From contig CBEUCN010000003.1 of assembly GCA_965541635.1 (NCBI GenBank), positions 1 through 49,258 of the forward strand: 49,258 nucleotides of DNA. The letters are read 5' to 3'. Positions 1-6,670 of this stretch are shown in pieces. The notes beneath the pieces were generated by a model. It saw only the letters and a program-made list of their open reading frames with translations. It was not told the origin of the DNA and ran no database searches. The first letter of the stretch is position 1; every line of letters begins with the position of its first letter. The translations under genes and the position numbers were made by a program. This DNA comes from an uncultured bacterium. Lineage in GTDB: Bacteria > Omnitrophota > Gorgyraeia > Kaelpiales > Kaelpiaceae.

Positions 1-2
1 CA

Positions 3-587
3 GATATTCAAAGTGGAAATCAGATGGAGGAAGGTGCAGTTTTAAATTCTGTTGAGAATATTAATCCCGATAGCGCTTATATTGTAAATGTTCAAAGAGC
101 CATTGAAATGATTCAGAGTGGAGAGAATATAGAAAGGATATCTCAGGAGACAGGTTTAAGTAAAGAGATGGTCAAAGCACTTCAGGAAGCATGGAAAAAT
201 GGCACTATTATGAAGAATTCCAGTGGTGCTTACATAGTAGTCCAGGTTGAGGTTGACGGCGAAAAAAGAATAATAGTGATTCCTGCTGACACTATAATAT
301 ACGTTACTTCTTCCAAACCCAGTGAAATTGTTAAAGAGATAATAAAGAAAGTTTTCCTTAAAAAGCCCCAGGTCTCTGATGCTACCGTAAATAGGATATT
401 TATCCTGTTGATCCTACTGGCTGTAGCGTGTATGGCTGGAGGAATTACCCTGGCAATAGTGATTACAAGAAGAGAATACAGAAAATGGCTGGAGCAAATC
501 CCATTACCCCAAAAGCCTGCAGGAAAAGAGACCAGACCTGTTTATACCAAATTTGTAACCGACTATCACACTTATTATAGAAAATAA
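3..587 (+). CDS. Hypothetical membrane protein, probably truncated at the 5' end by the window edge
   Basis: The frame is open from base 3 (DIQSGNQ) through the ATG at 24. It has an HTH-like segment (ENIERISQETGLSKEMVKAL) and one hydrophobic helix (IFILLILLAVACMAGGITLAIVI) near the C-terminus. Confidence 0.7.
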   Translation, partial: DIQSGNQMEEGAVLNSVENINPDSAYIVNVQRAIEMIQSGENIERISQETGLSKEMVKALQEAWKNGTIMKNSSGAYIVVQVEVDGEKRIIVIPADTIIYVTSSKPSEIVKEIIKKVFLKKPQVSDATVNRIFILLILLAVACMAGGITLAIVITRREYRKWLEQIPLPQKPAGKETRPVYTKFVTDYHTYYRK

Positions 588-631
588 CAGATCCCTAATT
601 GTTTAATATTCTTTAAAAATAATTTATATTT

Positions 632-659
632 GTGTCCGATAATATATCTTATGTTAACT
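632..659. other. dif-like XerC/XerD recombination site
   Basis: GTGTCCGATAA-TATATC-TTATGTTAACT has the 11-6-11 layout. The right arm matches the E. coli XerD arm TTATGTTAAAT at 10/11 positions, with 20/28 overall. It is intergenic, between convergent genes. Confidence 0.8.
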
Positions 660-670
660 TTAAATTAAGT

Positions 671-693
671 AACTATTTGATTATCAATAAGTT
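671..693. repeat. Imperfect 23-bp palindrome next to the dif-like site
   Basis: AACTATTTGAT-T-ATCAATAAGTT, pattern AACTnnTTGAT-n-ATCAAnnAGTT. Confidence 0.55.
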
Positions 694-704
694 TTAAAAT
701 AGAG

Positions 705-1133
705 TCAAATCCCTATGAATTGAAGGATAACTTTCCTCTTTCTGGGAGTATTGTCAAATTCCAGAAACACTATCTGCTGCCATGTTCCCAAAATGAGTTT
801 ACCTTCCGAAAATGGGACTGTTAAAGAAGGGCCTATAAGAGCATGTCTTAAATGGGAAAAAGCATTGCCATCTCCCCAGGTAGCATTGTGGTGGTAATTA
901 CTTCTTTTGGGAATAAGTTTCTCCATTAAGATTGGAAGGTCCTTTTTGAGACCCGGTTCATATTCAATGGTGGTAAGACCTGCAGTGGAGCCAGGAACAA
1001 AGCAGGTTACTGTCCCTTTTGTAAGATTCAGTTCATTGAGAGTTTTCTGGACTTTATTGGTGAGGTCAATTATATCTCCCTCACCATGAGTTGAAAAGTG
1101 CAATTCTCTGGTTTCAATTCTAACTTTTTCCAC
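705..1133 (-). CDS. yjbQ: YjbQ/UPF0047 family protein (secondary thiamine-phosphate synthase-like)
   Basis: Motifs GSTAGLTTIEYEPGL, NAFSHLR and LGTWQQIVFLEFD. GTG start. Confidence 0.92.
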   Translation of the reverse strand: MEKVRIETRELHFSTHGEGDIIDLTNKVQKTLNELNLTKGTVTCFVPGSTAGLTTIEYEPGLKKDLPILMEKLIPKRSNYHHNATWGDGNAFSHLRHALIGPSLTVPFSEGKLILGTWQQIVFLEFDNTPRKRKVILQFIGI

Positions 1134-1254
1134 GTCTGTCTAACCTTCCTTTTCTTTTAGAAATTTTTTTCAACACACTTTTGTCTCTAATAGTAAATTG
1201 GTGTTTAAATTTTAATACTGGCATTTTGTTTTGTCTTTTATCCAATTCCCTCAT
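1120..1254 (-). CDS. Possible 44-aa basic small ORF
   Basis: Hand translation gives MRELDKRQNKMPVLKFKHQFTIRDKSVLKKISKRKGRLDRRGKS. It fills the hinT-yjbQ gap and overlaps the yjbQ start. No clear SD. Confidence 0.3.
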   Translation of the reverse strand: MRELDKRQNKMPVLKFKHQFTIRDKSVLKKISKRKGRLDRRGKS

Positions 1255-1260
1255 CTTTTC

Positions 1261-1302
1261 AACAATTAACCATCAGCCATATGCCATTAGCCATTTGCTA
1301 TA
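1261..1302. repeat. Degenerate heptamer tandem repeat (6 units, consensus about WGCCATT)
   Basis: aacaatt aaccatc agccata tgccatt agccatt tgctata. Bases 1284-1301 are identical to 24401-24418. Confidence 0.75.
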
Positions 1303-1309
1303 TACTCCA

Positions 1310-1654
1310 CTATCCTGGTGGCCAACTAAATTTTCTTCCACCCAGAAGATGAAGATGAATATGAAATACCGACTGTCCTGCTCCAGGATTACAGTTGATT
1401 ACCAGGCGATACCCATCTTCTATTTCTTTTGCCCTTGCCAGTTTTTTGGCAACTATAAATAATTTCCCTACAAGTTCAGCGTCGTTTTCTTCTAAATCCG
1501 TAACTGTTGGAATGTGTTTCCTAGGTATTATAATGATATGTACTGGTGCCTGGGGATTGATATCGTTAAAAGCCACTATCTCTGGATCTTCATATACTAT
1601 AGAACTTGAGATTTCTTTATCAGCAATCTTACAGAAGATACATTCTTCAGACAT
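1310..1654 (-). CDS. hinT: Histidine triad (HIT) nucleotide-binding protein
   Basis: CIFCKI N-terminus, DINPQAPVH, GQSVFHIHLHLLGGR and a C-terminal WPPG. Confidence 0.96.
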   Translation of the reverse strand: MSEECIFCKIADKEISSSIVYEDPEIVAFNDINPQAPVHIIIIPRKHIPTVTDLEENDAELVGKLFIVAKKLARAKEIEDGYRLVINCNPGAGQSVFHIHLHLLGGRKFSWPPG

Positions 1655-1666
1655 TTTGCCCTCCTT

Positions 1667-2134
1667 TCAAATTTCAATTATATTTACATTCAAGGAATCA
1701 AGCTCAACCACTGCTATCGTTGCCTTTCCGGAAAGCCAGCCGCTTGCCTCTCCAGGATTTATTAGCAAACTTTCTCCTAATTTTTTAACCTCTGGTTTAT
1801 GAGTATGACCAAAGACTATTATATCTGCATATTCATTGTCATAATTTTCAATGTCGTGTATTACTATAAGTTTTTTATTATCAAGAATTAACGAAATCTG
1901 TCCCTGTTTTATTCTCCCCTGTGATTTTGTAATCAGTCCTTTTTTCTCTCCATCATTATTCCCCAGAACACCTGTCCAGTCGCAATTCAATTCTTGAAAC
2001 GGCAAAAGGCTAAAGGGAGCAACAAAATCACCGGCATGAATTACAAATTCTACTCTATTTTTATTAAAGATTTCCACTGCTTTTTTAATTTTAGGAAGAT
2101 TGTCATGAGTATCAGAAATTAATCCTATCTTCAT
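1667..2134 (-). CDS. YfcE/MJ0936-family metallophosphoesterase
   Basis: Motifs SDTHDN, HAGD, GNND, FGHTH and NPGE. Start moved to the ATG at 2134 (MKIGLISD). Confidence 0.93.
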   Translation of the reverse strand: MKIGLISDTHDNLPKIKKAVEIFNKNRVEFVIHAGDFVAPFSLLPFQELNCDWTGVLGNNDGEKKGLITKSQGRIKQGQISLILDNKKLIVIHDIENYDNEYADIIVFGHTHKPEVKKLGESLLINPGEASGWLSGKATIAVVELDSLNVNIIEI

Positions 2135-2142
2135 ATTATATA

Positions 2143-2193
2143 ATTTTAACAAAACAAATTAAATTTGCAAATTGTTATTATGTGTGTTTTAAT
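2143..2193. promoter_or_regulatory. Putative bidirectional sigma70 promoter sharing one palindromic -35 hexamer
   Basis: TTGCAA at 2165-2170 lies inside the palindrome AATTTGCAAATT. On the + strand it is followed by a 17-nt spacer and TGn-TTTAAT (2188-2193). On the - strand it is followed by a 16-nt spacer and TAAAAT (2148-2143). Each -10 is 8 nt from its ATG. Confidence 0.5.
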
Positions 2194-2201
2194 TTAAATT
2201 T

Positions 2202-2978
2202 ATGGAGGATAAAGGATTTCAAAAAGTCTGGGAATTAGTTAAAAAATTACGAGGACCTCAAGGCTGCCCCTGGGATAAAGAGCAAAACCATTACACTCTT
2301 CTCCCCTATCTTATTGAAGAAGTATATGAAGTTGCCAATGCCGTTGAGAAAGGTGATGTTGAGGATTTGAAAGAAGAGCTGGGAGATTTACTTTTTATGG
2401 TTTTTTCCTATATTTCAATTGCAGAAGAAAAAAATTTATTTCGGTTGAAAGAAGTAATAGATGTTGTTATGCGCAAGATGGTTGCCCGCCATCCTCATGT
2501 ATTTGGAGGAAAAAAATTGAAAACTTCTCAGGATGTTGTAAATCACTGGCATAAAATCAAAGATGAGGAAAGAAAAAAGAAGAAAAAATCTATTATGGAT
2601 AACATTCCTCGGAATATCTCTGCTCTTATTCGGGCTAAACTGGTTCAAGAAAGAGCCTCTCGAGTGGGGTTCGATTGGAAGAGCGCGCAAGATGCATTTT
2701 TAAAAGTTAAGGAAGAAATTAAAGAGATCGAACAACTTCTATATAAGTCACAAAGTCAAGAAAAGTTACAGGAAGAAATTGGTGATCTATTATTTGCTGT
2801 AGTAAATGTTATCAGACTTTTAAATATTGATCCTGAGATAACCTTGAGGGAAACAATAGAAAAATTTATTCAGAGGTTTAAATATATTGAAAGCAAAATC
2901 ACTGAACAGAATAAATCATTACACGAAGTTACACTTGATGAAATGGAATCTTTATGGAAAGAGAGTAAAAGAATTTAG
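2202..2978 (+). CDS. mazG: Nucleoside triphosphate pyrophosphohydrolase MazG (two domains)
   Basis: Motifs LRGPQGCPWDKEQ, EELGDLL, RHPHVFG, ASRVGFDW and EEIGDLLF. Confidence 0.96.
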   Translation: MEDKGFQKVWELVKKLRGPQGCPWDKEQNHYTLLPYLIEEVYEVANAVEKGDVEDLKEELGDLLFMVFSYISIAEEKNLFRLKEVIDVVMRKMVARHPHVFGGKKLKTSQDVVNHWHKIKDEERKKKKKSIMDNIPRNISALIRAKLVQERASRVGFDWKSAQDAFLKVKEEIKEIEQLLYKSQSQEKLQEEIGDLLFAVVNVIRLLNIDPEITLRETIEKFIQRFKYIESKITEQNKSLHEVTLDEMESLWKESKRI

Positions 2979-3226
2979 AATTTCCAGTCTTCTCCTTTGA
3001 AGAATTCACCGTATTCATCAAAAATTTTATTTAAGGTATCTAACATACTCTGTTTTAATTTCTGTTTAAATTTCTCCATTTCTTCTGGATGATTGTTTCT
3101 AATATGTCCTAAAAGATTAAACTGAATATTTCCTAAAAGATCGGCAAGATCATCAGCTTCTACAATTATTTTTTCTCCACAAAAGCACTGGATTGCTATC
3201 CTGTATTTTTTTATCTCTTCTCGCAT
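2975..3226 (-). CDS. Small putative metal-binding protein (CxC...HxxxxH, loosely DUF1059-like)
   Basis: QCFCG and GHIRNNHP motifs. Strong SD (AAGGAGG) before the ATG. Confidence 0.65.
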   Translation of the reverse strand: MREEIKKYRIAIQCFCGEKIIVEADDLADLLGNIQFNLLGHIRNNHPEEMEKFKQKLKQSMLDTLNKIFDEYGEFFKGEDWKF

Positions 3227-3254
3227 CTTTCCTCCTTCTTATTAGATGGTATTT

Positions 3255-3283
3255 ATTAAACCATTATCACATTAAAAAAGCAA
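3255..3283 (-). promoter_or_regulatory. Putative sigma70 promoter for the 83-aa gene
   Basis: TTGCTT, a 17-nt spacer ending in TGG, then TTTAAT (extended -10 type). Confidence 0.4.
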
Positions 3284-3295
3284 TTAAAAATAATG

Positions 3296-3613
3296 TTAGT
3301 CAAATCCCCAAGTTTTCTTTTTCACTCGAAGTTTATCATCTGATGCCAATTCAAACCAGATACAGGCGCATGATATTGAGTATTTTATATTGTAACGCCA
3401 GATTTCTGATAACCCATGCTTCTGGGAAATAAAATAAGAGATTTTTATAGGTTCTCCTAACAAATCTTTTACCTCCTGTTTGGTCATTCCTATTTGAACT
3501 GATTGATATTGTTGGGCATCTATGCTACGATAGAAAAATCTATAGGAATAGGTAATTATCATAACAATTGTTAGAAGAATTAGATAAATAACCTCTTTAT
3601 TTTGCTTACGCAT
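3296..3613 (-). CDS. SmpA/OmlA (BamE-like) domain protein with an N-terminal membrane anchor
   Basis: N-terminal hydrophobic helix. The segment YQSVQIGMTKQEVKDLLGEP...WRY fits the SmpA/OmlA signature. No lipobox Cys is seen. Confidence 0.6.
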   Translation of the reverse strand: MRKQNKEVIYLILLTIVMIITYSYRFFYRSIDAQQYQSVQIGMTKQEVKDLLGEPIKISYFISQKHGLSEIWRYNIKYSISCACIWFELASDDKLRVKKKTWGFD

Positions 3614-3615
3614 GA

Positions 3616-4878
3616 TTAACCTCCTTTGTGAAGATATTTCCGGGGGTCAGTAATTTTACCTTCTAAAGCTGAAGCAGCAACTGTAGCTGGAGATGCTAAA
3701 TAAATAAAAGCGTTGGGATTACCCATTCTGCCTTTAAAATTTCTATTAGCAGTGGAAATTACTACTTCTCCATCTGCAGGAATCCCTCCATGCGTTCCTA
3801 CACAGGGACCACATCCTGGAGGTAAAATTAGGGCTCCAGAATCAATAAAAGTTTTTATCAAACCTTCTTCCAATGCCTGCTGTAAAATCTCATGAGAAGC
3901 CGGGGTTATAATAAGTCTTGCTTGTGTTTTCTTATTTTTTAATATGTGGGCAGCAATCCTCAAATCCTCCAGTCTTCCATTGGTACATGTGCCTATATAA
4001 GCCTGGTGAATTTCAGTGCCTTCTACTTTTTCAACATTTGCTACATTATCTACTCGATGAGGTAAAGCAATCTGAGGACTAAGGTTAGAAATGTCAAATT
4101 CTTTCACCCAAAGATAATCAGCATCGTTGTCGGGATAAACCGGTTCCCACTTAGAATCCTTACATTTTTCTTTTAACCAGGAAAATGTTTTCTCATCAGC
4201 AACCATCAGTCCTGCTTTTGCTCCCAGTTCTACTGCCATGTTGGTGATTGTAAATCTGGCATCCATACTTAAAGATGAAATTGTTTCGCCATGAAATTCT
4301 ATTGCTTTATAAGTACAGGATTTTGCTGATAGTTCTCCAATAATGTATAGAATTATATCTTTAGCAGAAACTGCAGGAGGCAGTTCTCCGTTTATTATAA
4401 TCTTAACACTTTCGGGAACCTTAAACCAATTTTTCCCTGTAGCCAGCACTATTGCGACATCTGTAGAACCCATTCCAGTAGCAAAACTGTTTAAAGCGCC
4501 ATAGGTACAAGTGTGTGAATCGGCTCCCGTAATTAAACTTCCCGGGTAAGCATGACCTTTTTCCATTATTACCTGATGGCATACTCCTTTGCCCTCAGGA
4601 TAAATTAAAACGCCAGTTTTATCTGCAAATTCCTTCATTTTTTTATGAACATTGGAAATTCCTAAATTAGGACTAGGGACGCTGTGATCGATTACTAAAG
4701 CAAATTTATGAGGAGAAAAGGGTTTTTCTTTACCTAGTAAATAAAATGCATCTATAACCAGTGAACTTGTTCCGTCTTGAGAAAAAGCAAAGTCAACCTC
4801 AGCCTTTACTATATCACCACTACAAGCATTTTTTCCTGATTTTTGGCTAAGTATTTTTTCAGCAATTGTTTTACCCAT
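3616..4878 (-). CDS. leuC: 3-isopropylmalate dehydratase/homoaconitase-type large subunit (short 420-aa form)
   Basis: Motifs GADSHTCTYGA, IGTCTNGR, CGPCVG (4Fe-4S ligands), STANRNFKGRMG and YLASPATVAASA. Substrate specificity is uncertain. Confidence 0.88.
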   Translation of the reverse strand: MGKTIAEKILSQKSGKNACSGDIVKAEVDFAFSQDGTSSLVIDAFYLLGKEKPFSPHKFALVIDHSVPSPNLGISNVHKKMKEFADKTGVLIYPEGKGVCHQVIMEKGHAYPGSLITGADSHTCTYGALNSFATGMGSTDVAIVLATGKNWFKVPESVKIIINGELPPAVSAKDIILYIIGELSAKSCTYKAIEFHGETISSLSMDARFTITNMAVELGAKAGLMVADEKTFSWLKEKCKDSKWEPVYPDNDADYLWVKEFDISNLSPQIALPHRVDNVANVEKVEGTEIHQAYIGTCTNGRLEDLRIAAHILKNKKTQARLIITPASHEILQQALEEGLIKTFIDSGALILPPGCGPCVGTHGGIPADGEVVISTANRNFKGRMGNPNAFIYLASPATVAASALEGKITDPRKYLHKGG

Positions 4879-6022
4879 TTATAAATTCTCCAATTCTGGC
4901 TATTCCTTCTTTTATTTCTTGTTCAGAAGTAGCATAACTTATTCTGACAAATTCATCATTTCCAAATGGTTTTCCAGGAATAACACCTACAAGTTTATTT
5001 TTAAGGAGTTCATTAGCAAATTTAAAGGAATCATATCCTATATTGCTTACTTTAAGAAAAAGATAAAATGTCCCTTCTGGAAATATAAAATTCAATCCTA
5101 GCTTTTTCAAACCAGAGACCACCAGGTTCCTACGTTCTCTGAAAATGTGACGCATATTGTCTATTTCTTGCTGTGGTAAATCCAACGCAGCCAATGCTGC
5201 TTTTTGACTTATACTACAAGCATTGGAAGTCATCTGCCCCTGAATTTTTGCTATCTGGCTTGCAATTTGAGGAGGAGAACATGACCACCCAATTCTCCAC
5301 CCAGTCATAGAATATGTTTTAGATACTCCGTTGATTGTAATTGTATGATTCCAGATTTCTTTGCTTAAGGAAGCAATAGAAAAATGAGCATTTTCATAAG
5401 TGAGTTGGCTATATATTTCATCACTAATAATGAAAATATCATTTTCCACTGCCAGTTCTGCCAGTTTAATAAGTTCTGATTTTCTCCATACAACTCCAGT
5501 AGGATTACAGGGAGAGTTAAGGATAATGCATTTTGTCTTTTTAGTTATTTTTGATCTTATCATGTTAAAATCAGGATGAAAGTTATCTCTTTCTTTAAAA
5601 TCCACCACCACTGGTTTTGCTGAACACAACTTTACCATTTCCGGGTAACTTACCCAGTATGGGGAAAAAATTAATACTTCGTCTTCAGGTTCCAGTAGAA
5701 CAAATAAAGTATTGAAAATAGCATGCTTGGCTCCATTGGAAATAACTATTTCATTAGGATTATAATTTAAGGAATACCACTCATTAAGTTTAGAGGATAT
5801 TTTTTCTTTCAAATCTAGGATACCAGTAACTGGAGTATATTTAGTAAAACCAGCATCTATTGCTTTTTTTGCTGCTTGTTTAATTGCGGCTGGGGTATCA
5901 AAATCAGGTTCTCCACCTGCAAAGTTAATTACTTTTTTCCCTTCTTTTTTAAGACGCTTAATTTCAGAAGTTATTTTTAAAGTAGCAGAAGGATTTATTT
6001 CTTTTACTCGCGAAGAAACCAT
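4871..6022 (-). CDS. aspC: PLP-dependent class I/II aminotransferase (aspartate aminotransferase-like)
   Basis: Motifs GEPDFDTP, NSPCNPTG, SDEIY and SKTYSMTGWRIG. Confidence 0.9.
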   Translation of the reverse strand: MVSSRVKEINPSATLKITSEIKRLKKEGKKVINFAGGEPDFDTPAAIKQAAKKAIDAGFTKYTPVTGILDLKEKISSKLNEWYSLNYNPNEIVISNGAKHAIFNTLFVLLEPEDEVLIFSPYWVSYPEMVKLCSAKPVVVDFKERDNFHPDFNMIRSKITKKTKCIILNSPCNPTGVVWRKSELIKLAELAVENDIFIISDEIYSQLTYENAHFSIASLSKEIWNHTITINGVSKTYSMTGWRIGWSCSPPQIASQIAKIQGQMTSNACSISQKAALAALDLPQQEIDNMRHIFRERRNLVVSGLKKLGLNFIFPEGTFYLFLKVSNIGYDSFKFANELLKNKLVGVIPGKPFGNDEFVRISYATSEQEIKEGIARIGEFING

Positions 6023-6031
6023 TACTTATAA

Positions 6032-6670
6032 TTAAGGATTCTTTTTTCTTTTCATAAAGTCCTTAAGTCCTGAAAGGAAACCTTTTTTGGCTGGTTTTTC
6101 TTCCTTTTGTTTTTGTTCTTTTTCAGTTTCTTCCTTCTTTTTGGGTTCTTCTTCTACTTTGGATTCTGCTTTCTTTTTTGTTTTCTTTTTCTCTTCTTTT
6201 ACCTCTTCTATTTTTACTTCTTCTATCTCGGAAGGAATTTCTTCCTGTAATTGTTTCTTTCTTTTTTCACGGCGTAAAAACCGCCGTTTTTTCTTTTCTT
6301 CTATTATTTCTTCTTTCACTTTTGTAAATTCAATAATTGCCATTAAGGCATTATCACCTTTTCTGTTATTTACCTTAATTACTCTAGTATACCCACCATT
6401 TATCTCCTTAAATCTGGGAGCAATGTCATCAAATAGTTTTTTAACAAGATCTCTATCTTGAAGCCAGCGGTAAGCCAATCTTCGGGAATGGATATCTCCT
6501 CGTTTCCCAAGAGTCACCAGTTTATCTGCCCATCGCGAAACTTCTTTTGCTCTTCGATAGGGAGTTTTTATTTTTTCTTCAGTTATTAAAGCAATTAATA
6601 AACTCCGAATTAATGCTCTTCTCTGATCTTGTGGTTTCCCGAGCTTAAATCTCTTTTTGCGATGCCGCAT
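6032..6670 (-). CDS. rplQ: 50S ribosomal protein L17 with a ~95-aa C-terminal extension
   Basis: MRHRKK...GGYTRVIK...RKGDNA core. Follows rpoA. K/E-rich tail. Confidence 0.97.
   Translation of the reverse strand: MRHRKKRFKLGKPQDQRRALIRSLLIALITEEKIKTPYRRAKEVSRWADKLVTLGKRGDIHSRRLAYRWLQDRDLVKKLFDDIAPRFKEINGGYTRVIKVNNRKGDNALMAIIEFTKVKEEIIEEKKKRRFLRREKRKKQLQEEIPSEIEEVKIEEVKEEKKKTKKKAESKVEEEPKKKEETEKEQKQKEEKPAKKGFLSGLKDFMKRKKNP

Noticed and set aside
1120-1254. Calling the small ORF rpsU (S21)
   Set aside because: Only about five residues resemble S21, and the ALRRFK and EKPS motifs are absent.
1261-1302. CRISPR array interpretation of the short repeats (also 24399-24433 and 38824-38851)
   Set aside because: The units are 7 or 14 bp, contiguous and without spacers, and there are no cas genes in the window.
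2436-2690. 84-aa minus-strand ORF inside mazG, and the 64-aa ORF at 40267-40461 inside the permease
   Set aside because: Both are nested wholly within real genes in another frame, with no supporting signals.
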